Of a stretch of 64,000 bases of DNA, positions 14,396 through 27,849 are shown one piece after another. The number at the start of each line of letters is the position of its first letter. Within the stretch, counting starts at the first letter, position 1. A model generated the notes under the pieces. The model was given only the letters and a program-made list of their open reading frames with translations, did not search any database and was not told where the DNA came from. Source of the stretch: the human T2T-CHM13v2.0 reference genome, Homo sapiens; NCBI RefSeq assembly GCF_009914755.1, contig NC_060933.1, one strand, 5' to 3'. The translations under genes and the position numbers were made by a program.

Positions 14396-17154
14396 CTATA
14401 ATGAAATAAGAGAAGTAAAAAAAAAAAAAAAAGAAAAGAAAAAGAAAAGAAACTCCTTGTTAAAATTACTTGGCATTATTGTTCTCCATTATTTAAATGG
14501 GTTTCTCAGCTCCAAGTTCAAAAAAAAAGCCAGTTCTAGCCTCAGAGGGACCCCGTACTGTTGGCTGAGCAAAACCATTCAAACCCCTCTTTGCTTTTAT
14601 TTATGCAGATGGCAAGGATATTGCTGTTGGCTCATAGGATGTGAACAGTGGTGTTGAGATTACCCTCATTTGGCTGATGATGTCATTGAGGCCCAGAGAA
14701 GGTAAGTAATGTACCAAGGTTACAGACTAGTAAGTGACAGAGATGGGTTTTGAGCCCCATTCTTCTACATTGTGTGCAATAGCTCATATCAAGGTCACTA
14801 AAGCTGAAGACTGAATTATTTATTCAAATACTGCCATCATGCACCAATATTCTCAACAGGTAGGACACCTGGCAGGGCCTGGCTTTGGGGCTAACTTCTG
14901 CAGCTCTTTTGATTGCCCCCACCTTACAGTTTTTGGCACAGAGCACTGTGTAGCTGGCACTTCTCTACTGGCCCGAATGAGAAAACTTCCTCAGAGCAAA
15001 ATGTCAAGCACCAAATAAGATTCATGTTTACTGTGAAGTGATTGCTGCTTTTTAAATGCTTATCAGAAGCCGAAGGACAAACTCAGTAGGTTGGTAAGTA
15101 AGGAGATTTTTCATCATTATGGTCTAAGAGAGTGCTGTAAACTCCTAATGTGGAAGACAAAGCTTTAGCAAATTCAGAAGTAACATCTGAAGTATCTTTA
15201 CCTACAGAGCACAAAAGCTGTTCAGGGTGTAGGAAAAGGTGGCATCTCTCTAAAGTTCCGGATGGGTGCAGCCAGAGGCACATTTCATGCAGGCTGGTGC
15301 CTGGAGAGGGCCAAGGCAGGGCTGGGGAGAGGGGAGGTGGCCTTCTCTTCAAAACAAACCAGACAGTCACACAGACAAAAACTGAGCTTGCGACACAGAA
15401 TGGAGACGAGCAAATGGCAAAGGGAGGAGGTGGCAGGGACGGAGAGCACAGCAAACCAGGTTAGCCCTGAGGGCTCAGGTGAATTGTTACAAGACTGTGA
15501 CAGGCAGAAGCAGTGGCTTTTTCCCAACCATCAGTGCACTGATGATAATCATTCTCTCCTGATTCAGACAACAGCCCACCTAAAGAACAAGCAGGCGAGT
15601 CTACTGGAGTATTAGCAGATAACTAGCCCTAGAAGAGCAGCAGGACCATGAGCTTCCTTTCAACACAGGGACTCTGCATTTAGGAGCTGATGTTTATAGG
15701 GCTTATCACTGGGTGACTTTGATGTGACAGACATTTTAATTTTTTAATACTTTTTAAAATGAACACAGACTACTCTTACAGGCAGCCTTTGTTTTGTTTC
15801 TATTTTCAAAAAGAAAACAAACCAAAAATATCTGATGGGTGGTGCAAAGGAGATGTGACCTGGGAAGATGGGGAAGATTGAGTGTTCCTCTTACGGTTTT
15901 CACATAAAAACAAAAGGCTTGACTCTACAGCCAGCTGTGTGTCACTTGCAGCAAGATGGGGCCAACTCTCATTCTGAAGGGCTACGGGCATGATTTCCCT
16001 TAGAGGAAACTGCTCCTGACCCCACAGCAGCTCTCAGCGGGGCATATTTCCATTTCAGGTCAAACAGTAAGGCAAGACAAAGAAAGGCCATGGCCAGGGC
16101 CAGGGACTGGCATTCACCTTTGCTACAGTGGTCAGGTTCCCTGGGTGGTCCTGATACTTATGTGGGGGTAGCAATGTATGGGATGGAAGGTGAAAAATCT
16201 GCTGGCGGAGAAAGGTTTGATTGAAATAACAGATCAGCCTTCTGCTTGTTATAATAGAAAACAAAAGCAGTGTTTTGAGGCAGTGCTAAGACTCTCATTT
16301 CCCTGTCCTCATTAAGGAAGAGAGAACTGAGAGAGCAACAACTGCCTTGTCAGCTCACACTCTTTCTGAACAGCTGGGTGGTTACAGTGGCACCTCAGGC
16401 TCGGGAAAGGAAGGCACGCAGCAGAAGAATCAAAATGCTGTCGAGGTTTTCTGAAGTTGACAATGTTAAATGTGTTGCTTCCACTCATCTGACTTTTTGT
16501 GACTCCCAAATTAATCAAGGCCACATATGCTCCAGGAGCCCTCAAGAAAGTGCTGGAAATACAAACACACTTTTCTCTCTCCCTTGTCTCTCACCAAACA
16601 GGTGGAGGCTTTGACTGGGGTTGGCTGTTGTCAGGCCTAGATTTAATGTAGTTTACTAGTTTACAGAAAGGCAAACTTCAGTTAGGGGAAACAATTACCA
16701 GGCTAAGTCTAAAAAAAAAATCCCCAAAGCTTCTGAAGAGGATTCAAAAGGCCATTTTGTAATGAGAAGCACCTCGGGGGTAGTGTTATGACACAGGCCA
16801 TGGTGTCACATACTCTGTTCAGTTCAACCGTACAATGGACTGGTAAGAATGCCAAACAGACATTTAAATTAGACAACTATGACTTTCAATAAATTTGCAC
16901 AGAGATGATCGCTATCAGATATGTAGCATGAAAAGCCCGTTTTATATTGGAAAGTTGTCTTTGCCTAGTAGGATTTCAAATGTTTATTGAATTGAATATG
17001 AGGAAATATACTTAGCTCTATAGTTCCCTGAATATTGGCTCTAGAATAGGGTCTTTGAGATGTCATGTTCCGGAGAAGTCTAGACTCACTTTATGATTTT
17101 AAATAAAATGGCTGCCCCTTCCCCATTTCCCAGATTCATGCTGAGCTCGACTAC

Positions 17155-17328
17155 CTCCGTGAGAAATGACTCTCCTGTAGGGCTCGATGACCTTCATGTC
17201 AATGCGCTGCTCTTGTTCTCCAATGACCACTGTCCTCCAAAGCCGGTTGTCCTCCCGTTCCTCTTCGGCCGTATATTCTGGAATAGACTCTGACTCTTGG
17301 CCAGAATCTTTGTTGGCTGTGGGATCTT
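17155..17328 (-). CDS. PRUNE2: PRUNE2 coding exon (174 or 171 nt, phase 1-1): (E)[57 protein letters not shown]
   Basis: Acceptor gtttccag|AAG|ATC (NAGNAG) and donor GGAG|gtagtc. Lies within ORF 17099..17338. IEPY..VISHGG marks the start of the BCH domain. Confidence 0.95.
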
Positions 17329-17775
17329 CTGGAAACAAAGCACAGAGCAGGGCTGAAGGAGCAAGACCTCCACAGTGCAGCTAAACAGCCAAATGGTAAG
17401 CTTTACAATACAGTACTCCTACGGGCAGCCTTTGTTTTGTTTCATCCTGCAGAAACAACCTGATCAAAGTCCTTGTTTTGTACAGCCTTTACAGAGCTTA
17501 GCACTATCCTGACCATATAAAGTACACTCAATGAAGTCTTCTTTTATTAACTGAACAACCACATCCATTGCTAAGGCCATGCTGAGGGGGAGACTAGGTG
17601 CAAAACTTAAGCTGTCTTGCATGGGTAGTGGTCCAAGGACCAACTCATCCTTGATCAGGGTAAAGAAAGATTGCAGGTCTTTCTAATGGGGTGAAAGGCT
17701 GTGTACTAGACTCAGAAAATCTTGGGGTTTTGGGGCCACATCTCTTCAGTGCTCAGAGTCTTTTGGGGCCCTCAG

Positions 17776-17940
17776 CTTGGAATCGTGATGATACTACAAG
17801 CCAAGACTCCTACTCTAAGACTCTTACAACTGGGCTGAGCCCCCTATTGGGAGCATATCTGGACATAAATTTGATATTACTTTCTATGTACTGTTTCAAA
17901 ATATGCCACACCAAGTCTTTATAGTGAGAAACAAACAACT
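17776..17940 (+). repeat. Source copy of a ~165 bp direct duplication (second copy at 21190-21358)
   Basis: Near-identical sequence; both copies translate to WNRDDTTSQDSYSKTLTTGLSPLLGA. Confidence 0.95.
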
Positions 17941-19323
17941 TTGTAGACCAGAAATGCTCCAAGACCCCAAATGCACAAGACTCCCAAATTGATGGGTGCA
18001 TAAGACAATAAAAAAGCCTACTGAGCATCCTCTGGGAAGAAATTTACTCTTGTGCATTTAAAAAAAAAAAGTAACCATTTTTATTAAAAAAATAAGCAGC
18101 AATTGTTTCCATTTTTACTAGAAGTATTAGTAGAGCTTAATGATGGTTATTCTTTGTATGTTTAAGTAATCTGAAAGAAAAGATTATTTATAACCTTCAC
18201 AATAATTCCAAGACATTATCATTCTTATTTTTCCATTCCTGGAAAAGCACCATTGAATTTACACTGCATTTCACTTCTTTCTATGGCACTTTGATGATAA
18301 TAACAGCACTATTGTGTTAAGTATTGACCTTGTACCAGGTACTAGTTGGTATTAAAATGGTCATTATACCATTATATTATTATACCATTGGCATTATATG
18401 CAAAAACTGACTCTGAAGTGGTTTGCCTCAGATCACAGTTACTAAACAAATATAGTCAAAACCTTTACCTTTTTCAGCCCTTCTAATCTACCACATTGTA
18501 CCTTGAATGTGTGATTCTCTTTCTTATTTATTTTACAAAGAGACTGTGAGTCCCCTGGGCTAAGAAACTGTGCCTTGAATAACCTTTAATATTCACTTCC
18601 AGCAACCCACTCCCTACTTAGCTTACAAACTTACTCAGAGCACTCAAAAACAATTGGGAAGGTGGGTGAGTAAATTAAGAAAAACTTGGATAGTTTCCTG
18701 GAAATGGAGCTAATCTGTAAGGAAGCCACAACACTGCCATTATGTTCTGGAAGAATCTGCAATTATATATTCAGAAGTGTCTAATTACCAGTGACTTAGA
18801 TAGCAAAATGAAGTTCGGTTGGGAAGCAATCCTAGCCTTTTTTGCCAACACCAACAGCTACCACCACCTACAGAGCCTTGGCTCACTCTGGCTTCCACTG
18901 TGTTCCCACCAGCATGCGGCAGCTTATCAAGGACACAGATCATAAACCACTGGCTTCAGGCCAAGCGTCGTGTCCCTTGTGCAAATCCACCCATCTCTTT
19001 GGAATCCCTTCCTGCTTCTTCCTTCCTACATGGGTTAGGACCCTAGGATGCTAATCTTATATCCCTTCCTGGAACTCAATTTCCCATCTGGTCTCTACTC
19101 CCCCAGAACTCTGGATTCTGAAGCAGGTTTGTATTCTGATGCTCTTGTACACACCCTCCTTTCCCTCTAGTGAACTTTCCATCCACCAGACCCTCTTCAT
19201 CCTGTTTGGTACCCTCTGACCTGCTCTAGCTTTACCCTGGTCATCTCTGTGGGGTGAACGTAGGGTTGTTTTGTTTTATTTTCTGCAAATTTTATTAAAA
19301 TTCCCTTATGTAAAAAATTTTTG

Positions 19324-19600
19324 ATTGGGTGTGGTGGCTCAAGCCTGTAATCCCAGCACTCTGAAGGCCAAGGCAGGTGGATCACTTGAGCTCAGGGGTT
19401 CAAGACCAGTCCTGGGCAACATGGCGAAACCCAGTCTCTACAAAAAATACAAAAATTAGCTGGATATGTTGGCATGTGCCTGTAGTCCCAGCTACTTGGG
19501 AAGATCACGTGAGCCCAGGAGGTTGAGGCTGCAGTGAGCTATGATGGTACCACTGCACTCCTTTCTGGGTGACAGAGTGAGACCTTGTCTCAAAAAACAA
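19324..19600 (+). mobile_element. Alu (AluJ-like, internal deletion)
   Basis: Alu motifs. Confidence 0.85.
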
Positions 19601-19649
19601 AAATTGTATACTACTTTCTTTATTATGGTTATAGTAAAACACATATCAC

Positions 19650-21575
19650 ATAAATATAGTCAACTGATCTTAGACAAGGAGCAAAGGCAATACAATAAAG
19701 CAAAGATAGTCTTTTCAACATAGTGCTGAAATAACTGGGCATCCACCTGTAAAATAATGAATCTGGACCCAGGCCTTTGATCCTTCACAAAAGTTAATTG
19801 AAAATGGATCATAGACCTAAATGTAAAATTCAAAACTGTAAAACTTTTAGAAGAGAAAATGTAACTGGCCTTGGATGCAAAGATGACTTTTTAGATACAA
19901 CACCAAAGGCATGATCCATGAAAGAAATAATTGATAAGGTGGACTTCATTGAAATTAAAACTACTATATAAAAGACAAAAATCAAGAGAATGAGAATAAG
20001 AAGACAAGCCACAGACTGGGAGAAAACATTTGCAAAACACATATCTGATGAGGACTGTTATCCAAAATATACAAAGAATGCTTAATACTCAACAATAAGG
20101 CCAGGTGCAGTGGCTCACGCCTGTAATCCCAGCACTTTGGGAGGCTGAGGTGGGTGGATCACGAGGTCAGGAGATCAAGACCATCCTGCCAACATGGTGA
20201 AACCCTGTTTCTACTAAAATACAAAACATTAGCTGCCCATGGTGGCATGCATCTGTAATCCCAGCTACTTGGGAGGCTGACACAGGGGAATCGCTTGAAC
20301 CCAAGAGCTAGAGGTTGCAGTGAACCGAGATTGCGTCACTGCACTCCAGCCTGGCGACAGCACGAGACTGTGTCTCAAAAACAACAACAACAACAACAAA
20401 AACTCAACAATAAGAAAATGGGCAAAAGACCTGGACAGGTACCTCACAAAGAAGATATACAGGTGACAGGTAAGCATGTGAAAAGATATTCAATATCATG
20501 TGTCATTACAGAATTTCAAATTAAAACAATAGCAAGATACCACTACATACCTATTAGAATGGCCCAAATCCAAAACCCTGACACCAAATGCTGGTGAGAA
20601 TGCAAAGCGACAGGAACTCGCATTCATTGCTGGTGGGAATGCAAAATGGTCCAGCCACTTTGGAAGAGTTTGGCAGTTTCTTACAAAATTAAGCATACTC
20701 TTACCTTACAATCTAGCCATCATACTCCTTGGTAATTACCCAAATGCACTGAAAATGTATGCCCACACAAAAGGCTTCACATGTATGTTTATAGCAGCTT
20801 CATTCATAATTGCCAAAACTTGGAAGCAGCCAAGACGTCCTTCAGTAGGTGAATGGAAAATAACCTGTGACTTGTCCAGACAATGGAATATTATTCAGCA
20901 TTAAAAAGAAATGATCTTTCAAGCCATGAAAGGATATGGAGGAACCTTAATTGCGTAAGTGAAGGAAGCCAGTCTGAAAAAGCTGCATATTGTATGAGTC
21001 CAACTACATGGATTCTGGAAGAGGCAAAACTATGGAGACAGTAAAAGCATCAGTGATTGCTAGGGGTTGCGGGAAAGGGAGACATAGGCAGAGCACAGAG
21101 AATTAAGGCAGAAAAACGATTCTGTATGATACTACAATGGTGGATAAATGCTGCCACTATACATTTGCTTAAACACATAGAGTGCACAACTTGGAATCGT
21201 GATGATACTACAAGCCAAGACTCCTACTCTAAGACTCTTACAACTGGGCTGAGCCCCCTACTGGGAGCACATCTGGACATAAATTTGATATTACTTTCTA
21301 TGTACTGTTTCAAAATATACCACACAAAGACTTTATAGTAAGTGAGAAACAAACAGCTGAACCCCTCATGTAAACTATGGACCTTGGGTGATAATGATGT
21401 GTCAATGCAGGTTCATCAGTTGTAACAACCCAACCACTTGGCAAGGGATGTAGACAGTGAAGGAGGGTGAATGTTTGTAGAGAAACAGGTACAGGAAAAC
21501 TCTGTACTCTCCGCTCAGATTTGCTGTGAACCTAAAGTTGCTCTAAAGAATAAAGTTCATTAATTTTTAAAAAGC
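19650..21575 (+). mobile_element. Old L1 3' portion (L1MC-like), interrupted by an Alu (20099-20402) and a templated insert (21190-21358)
   Basis: Degenerate ORF2 tail; 3' end 'tgctgtgaacctaaa..ctctaaa.aataaagt'; Alu TSD actcaacaataa. Confidence 0.82.
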
Positions 21576-21789
21576 AAAAAGCATTAATGAAAGTACCAGG
21601 AATACAGACATGCTTCATGAAAACAATGAGAATGACCAATGCCACTCATCTGTTACTGTGTGATGTGTATTATTCTTCCTCTGCACATACACAGACACGT
21701 TTATTTTTCAAAGAGTATGATTATTCTATATATTCTGCATGTTCTATACAGATTGTTCTATAATTTGTTCCTATCTATTAAAACAGTAC

Positions 21790-22025
21790 AGGTTTGAGAC
21801 CAGCCTGGGAAACGTGGCAAAACCTCATCTCTACAAAAAAATATACCAATTAGCTGGGTATGGTGGCACATGCCTGTAGTCCCAGCTACTCAGGAGGCTA
21901 AGGTAGGAGGGTCACCTGAGCCTGGGTGGTCGAGGTGGCAGTGGGCTGAGATTACATCAGTGCACTCCAGCCTAGGTGACATAGTGAGGGCCTGTCTTAA
22001 AGTATAGATAGATAGATAGATAGAT

Positions 22026-22071
<46 letters not shown>
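21790..22071 (+). mobile_element. 5'-truncated Alu with a (GATA)n tetranucleotide tail (about 22005-22071)
   Basis: Alu body followed by (AGAT)n. Confidence 0.88.
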
Positions 22072-22614
22072 ATAGGCTTTTTGTCTCAGTAAATATAAAT
22101 CCTGCTCATTTTTAAGAGTAGCCCTCAAGTATTCCATTTTGCTGATGTCTTATAGTTTACCAATTCCATGGACACAACTATTAAAGAAAATTGCTTGAAA
22201 GAGAAGACCAATTGAATATATTTGATAGTGAGCTTCACAAATTTTCCATAAGCAAAATTGCATTGTGAGCAAAAACCCTGGCAGAGGTGTTTGGTCATCA
22301 GCTACTGAATAAAACAGGCAAATGGCCTGAAAACCTTTAGGCATTTGGTAGAGTAACGCTTACTTTTTTTTTTTTTAGAGTCTCCCGCAAGTCAGGAAAA
22401 CTGGATAAAAAGAGGCCTAAATGTGAGCAAGAGCTATCATGTTTGGCTTCAAGTATGTAAGTCCAATCTGGTAACAGACCCTTTCCCATTCATTGTTAGC
22501 ATATTCACTGGGAAGCAGCATGGGCCAGGAACTAAGGGCAACAATGAGCTGTGTGACCTTAGGCAAATTACTTAACTTCTCTGTGCTTCATTGTTCTAGT
22601 TATAAAATGAAATA

Positions 22615-22790
22615 AATTAAATGAAAACTATATAATGAATTATATAATATAATGAGGTATATAATATACAATGAAAACTATATAAATGAAAAATATATAG
22701 TACAAATATATAATATATAATGAAACGTATATAATGAAAATATATACACGAAAAATATAATATAAATGAAAAAGTATTCATTAAAAGAAA
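22615..22790. repeat. AT-rich low-complexity repeat (degenerate TATATAATGAAA units)
   Basis: Directly visible. Confidence 0.8.
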
Positions 22791-23588
22791 ATAAATTATG
22801 GCCCAAATGTTTTTGAAAAACTATACCTTAAAAACCCCTATTTTGTTTAGAATGTACATTCCTGGTTCAAAATGGTCGCGTGAGAAACCTAAGAAACAGG
22901 CTGCTTTCAAGCATTTATTTCATACTTCAGAACTCAAACATATTTATAATCCAACCCTCTTATACAGTCACTTATCCATGTCCTCATGTTTACAAAATAT
23001 AGCTATTCAGAGGCACTTTGTGTTTTCAAAGTTTCAACCTCTGACTATATATCTTTCATTTGAAAATTAAGGTAGATTTAAAAATTCAACTTAGTTTACA
23101 ATTCTGTCCTTTGCATTTAAGACCTAAAACAGGGTTGTGGCCATTAAACTGGTTCTTTCAACACAGCTATGTTAACTACATTAAAAGAGCCATGTCAGCA
23201 AGTGGCAGTGTTAATTACCAGCTTGCCCAGCCACCACTGCTTTGCTCGACAGTTTTACTATGTTTAAAAATAAAAGGTTCAGATGTGGTGTGACAAAGCT
23301 CTCCTGACAAAAAGGAAGCAAATACGGAGGCAAGAGAGGGGCCAGTTGGGTCATGCCACAGTCTTCTGTGGGATTTTGTCAATATATTAGCAGGAAAGGA
23401 GCAGGAGCTGGTAGGGGCAACTGGGATGGATAGAGGAGCTGCTGAAGACTCTCTGGGATGACAGGAAATAGTACAAATTCCAGACCTTCTTTCACCTCCT
23501 ATTTGTGTATTTCAACCTACAGAATCAACTACCCAGATAACTACAGAAATTCACACATGATAAAAATGCAATATAAAATCTCTACTTA

Positions 23589-23654
23589 CACTAAAGAACT
23601 TACTCATGTAACCAAATACCACCTGTACCCCAATAACTTATGGAAAAAAAAAAA
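23589..23654 (+). mobile_element. Extremely 5'-truncated L1 (L1PB/L1MA-like) 3' tip
   Basis: 'aaagaacttactcatgtaaccaaataccacctg' followed by poly-A; TSD ctctactta at 23580-23588 and 23655-23663. Confidence 0.8.
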
Positions 23655-24219
23655 CTCTACTTAAGCATAATAGACTATAAAACAAGTCGTTTAGCCATTT
23701 CCTTTTTGAGGAAATAAAGCCTTAAGCTCTGTCAAGGTAGAGTCTGAACTGCACTGCTCATGTCGGCTCAATGACCATTGGTTGAAATAATTAGCTAATT
23801 TGGTGAATTTTCTAATTATGCTCTTCTAGGAGTGGAACTGCTAGAATTAGCATGTCTCTAAAAGTCAGGCCACCACTTAATTGTGGCACTGTATTGCTTT
23901 TAAGATTGCGTGAATTTTAAAAATGAATAAAAGCAATAGCTGTGTCCCAGACTCTCTCGCTTTCACTTTCAAATATTATAACTTCAGAGAATTCCACCCT
24001 GGCTAGAACTGAAACAGAAACTACATAATGCCATTTAAAAAAAAATGATTGTATTTGTACATATTTCTTAAACCAGATTTCATAGAGTAAGAGAAAGAAC
24101 TAAAGAAAGACTGAAGTTCATATCAGGAGTGTCAGTCTTGGATGATCTGAAAACTTTTAATTATCTTCTTTTTTATCATTTCTCTCACTCCCCCTAAACC
24201 ATCCCTTCCTTCCTTCCCA

Positions 24220-24530
24220 CTTTATTGGAGACGCAGGATCAAATATAAAGTCCTTGCTCCTGTGGAGCATACATTCGAGTGGTAAGAGAAAGACAATAAA
24301 GATGCAAACAAATAGTTAAATAATACAATTTGAATTAGTGATACGTGGAAAATAAAATGAACACTGGGACAGAGAGTGACTAGGTGGTGGGAGTCGGGAA
24401 GTGGGAAGCATCTTTGATTACAGAGGTCAAGGAAGACTTCTCTGAGGAGGTGACATCTGATTAACATCTGAATAAAGAGAAGGAGTCAGTCACGTAAGGA
24501 TCTGGGGAAAAGAACATTGCAGATAGTGGG
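24220..24530 (+). mobile_element. L2 fragment
   Basis: L2-like 'ggtcaaggaagacttctctgaggaggtgacat..gaaggagtcag'. Confidence 0.6.
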
Positions 24531-24909
24531 AACTTATACAAGAAATTGGCAAGCTCTGATTTCTCTTCTTCAAATTTTATCATCCTGATTAAATTCTCTT
24601 CCCCTGCAAACCCAGCCCCAGGTTTCTTGTAACACAGCATGTAACAGTCTTCCCTCAGCCCCAGTGCCTAGCATAAATGCTAGCACAGAGTGGGGGTTAA
24701 TAAAGAGCAATGGTTATGTATGGCCTCTGTGACCCATACTTTCTCTGTCAGGCTCCAAACTGTCAATCATGGCCACCTATAACCTGAAATAAAAACAGAA
24801 GCTTCTAGAAATCACAAAAAGGATCCACTGGCACAAAAATGAGAGGTCTGTTAGAAAATCTTTTACTTATTTAGCATTTAACTTTGGCCTTGCCAACTTA
24901 GTGACTTAC

Positions 24910-25110
24910 CATGGCCAGTGTACTCAAAAGAATCTGCTTCATCGGGGGTATCAAGTTCATCCACATTGATGTCAATTTCATCTGGACTGTCCAAGTTATC
25001 ATCAGAGAGAATAGATCCTTCACTTTGGTCCAGAGAAAGATTGATATTTGGGGCTGTGAGCTTGATTCTCCGAGGATGAGTGTCATTAAGATCCAGAGAA
25101 TTAGGAGGTT
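24910..25110 (-). CDS. PRUNE2: PRUNE2 coding exon (201 nt, phase 1-1): [67 protein letters not shown]
   Basis: Acceptor ttctttag|AACC and donor CATG|gtaagt. Contains the BNIP-2-family motifs [17 protein letters not shown] and [10 protein letters not shown]. Confidence 0.95.
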
Positions 25111-25139
25111 CTAAAGAAGAAAGAGAACAGCAACATCAA

Positions 25140-25382
25140 GTATTAAACCAGAGGAGCAATCTAAATCAAAAATTTCAAAATCCCAAATGCTCCAAAATCT
25201 GAAACTTTTTGAGTGCCAACATGACGTGTCAAGGAAATACTCACTGGAGCATTTTGGATTTCAGAATTTTGAATTTGGGATGTTCAGCCAGTAAGTATAA
25301 TCCAAATATTCCAAAATCTGAAAAAATCCAAAATCTGAAACACTCTGGTCCAAGCATTTAAGTAAGGGATACTTAACCTATA
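25140..25382. mobile_element. Tigger4/MER46-like MITE
   Basis: 'aaatgctccaaaatctgaaacttttt...aagggatacttaaccta'. Confidence 0.75.
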
Positions 25383-25691
25383 CGTGGCTGCCAAGAGTGG
25401 GTTTGGGCCCAGTGGAAAACATTTTTAAAGTCCTTTCAGCAAAAGCAGACCTGATAGAAATCTTTGTATGAGATATAGACACCCTTCTTGAAAGCAGCCC
25501 TCTGTAACTGGATCCTCCCAACCCCCTCAGCCTTGGCCATGTAGAAACAGGAAGTAGGAGTTATTACTAAATGGTTAGATAACTAGTTTTTAGAATTTCC
25601 CTGTTCAAGTTTGAAAACTTGAAATTGCTATAATAATTGAATTAAATTTTCACGGGGTATACTGCATAAGAAAAATAGTTAAGTTTACATA

Positions 25692-26020
25692 TACAGTTGT
25701 CCCTTGATATCCATAAGGGATTGATTCCAGGACCCCTGGTGGAAACTAAAATGTACAGATGCTCAAGTCCCTAATATAAAATGGTGTAGTGTTGACATAT
25801 AACCCATGCACATCCTTCTGTATACTTCAAATCATCTCTAGAATAATTATAATACCTAATACAAAGTAAATAGTGTTTGCACTGTGTTTAGAAATAATGA
25901 CCAGGAAAAAAAGTTTGTACATGTTCAGTACAGATGCGATTTTTTTTTCTTTGAATATTTTTCTTCTGTGGTAGGTTGAATCCACGGATTTGGAACCATG
26001 GATAGAAAGGGCCAACTATA
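25692..26020. mobile_element. MER2-like DNA transposon
   Basis: TA-CAGTTGTCCCT...GGGCCAACTA-TA terminal inverted repeats and 'gatgctcaagtccc' core. Confidence 0.8.
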
Positions 26021-26384
26021 TTTTCTAATCGTTTGTGTTGACTTTGCTCCTATGGAATGTACGTTAAGAACTTTGTCATGTTCACAGACACTCCCAAAAT
26101 ACTTCTTTTAGGTCCTGACAACTCTGTATATGATCTTCAGTGCCCTTTACCTGGCCGAAGTATCCTCCCAGGTAACATTCTTTGAACTCACCCAAGCAGT
26201 CACCAGCTCTTATGCCAATCTCGCTTGACATTGGTTCCCATAACATAAGTGACAATCTTATGTGTAGGCTCCCTCCTCTCATTGTAGTATGCATCTTCCC
26301 GCTCAGCTGCCTTTCATTTAATAGAAGCAGAGCTGGAGAAGTCATTTTTTAACCAAGCTTAAACTAACAAAACAAAGGTAGAGA

Positions 26385-26625
26385 CATACCCTACTGTAGT
26401 ATAATAAGAAATGTATTTGGTCTTTGGCCCTGGTTCCAGGCACAGAGGTCTTAAAACCCTTGTCATTTCCTAAGGTGGATAGTGTCAGAATTGAATTATA
26501 GGACACCCAGTTGGTGTTCATTAGAAAATTGCTTGGTGTGTGGCAAACAAAACAAAACAAAACCCTACACATCTGGTCACAGAAGTGTTCAGTGTGAGAG
26601 CAGAGTAGGAGAAAACAGTTTGTTG
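26385..26625. mobile_element. MER21-like LTR fragment
   Basis: 'atagtgtcagaattgaattataggacacccagttggtgt...ggtcacagaagtgtt'. Confidence 0.6.
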
Positions 26626-26889
26626 CCTTCACCTAAAACCAGAAATGACAGGATTCCTAAGCACGAAATATTTTGAAGACCATTTGGCATACCCTTCAAC
26701 TCTGGAATTCTGGCTCTGGCCTTGTCCTGGAGAAATTGGCACTGTTCCCCTGTCAGTCATTAAGCTTTTTCTTTTCTGAATGGAACATCACCCAAACTCT
26801 GTTCTAGGTAATGGTTTTATGTATTACTTGAAAAAGGTTTCTATTGACAAGTAAGTTTCAACACTGAGTTTCTATATTTCAGGAATTTG

Positions 26890-27065
26890 CAGAGCAGTGA
26901 TGTCCCAAAGAATTCTTTGTGATGATGAAAAGGTTCTATATTTGGCTATTGAGCACTTGAAATGAGGCTAGTGCAACTGAAGAAGAGCATTTTAAAAAAT
27001 TGTTTTTAATTTTAATTAATTTAAATAGCCACATGTGACTAGCTGCTTACCATATCAGATAACCA
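26890..27065. mobile_element. MER3-like hAT element
   Basis: 'ggctattgagcacttgaaatg.ggctagtgcaactga...aaatagccacatgtg'. Confidence 0.72.
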
Positions 27066-27849
27066 TAGCCTTAGTGCCTTTATCATTCAAAAGTACATTG
27101 TGAACTTGGAAGATTCAAATAAACATACTGTGGTTACCAAGCATATTTGGCCATAGAACATTTAGAAATAATTCTGTTACATGACTAGTATTTTGAAGAA
27201 TGCATTTCAAATACTACGACAGAAAAGAAATGTAATTGCCTTCCTTCTTCCTACCACACTGTAGGCTTGGCTGAGAATACATGATTCAGGATCTTGGTAT
27301 GATCCTGGAGTTGGTGTAATGCAAGAGAGTGACCCTGGAATACAGTGAGAGTCATATAAGTTGCAATTGAAAAATTAAATTCCTTTTTGTGTATGCCTTG
27401 GGTTGTAAACCCCTAAAATGTAGGGTAGTTGTTTTTTATTGTTGTTGTCTTGGTTTTGGTTTTGATAGTTAGGATACTGAGCATTCTTGATATCACATTT
27501 CCAATTTTAAACATTCTTACAATTATGTGTAAATGCGGAGAACTTAGACATTAGTCAGAATTTGGTACAATATACAGTAGCCAATTATCACAGGAACTGA
27601 AAACATTGGCAGATAAGGCTGTGGTCTAGGAGATAAAATGCAGCCCACACTAGCGAGCATCAGTATTCAAGCCAACTCTTAAATTAACCAAATGCAGCCT
27701 AACACCTTCATATCACACATTTCTTTTTTCCTCTCACTGTTATCACTGAAATCATAAGTTAGATGCACAGGAAATAATTCTTTCACTGAATAATGAAAAC
27801 GTTGGGATACAGAATACCAACGAAGGAAATGAACAAATGCTGCTCTCAC

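Noticed and set aside
17691-21338. Two ORFs sharing WNRDDTTSQDSYSK as paralogous small genes
   Set aside because: The shared peptide is a by-product of the 165-bp DNA duplication.
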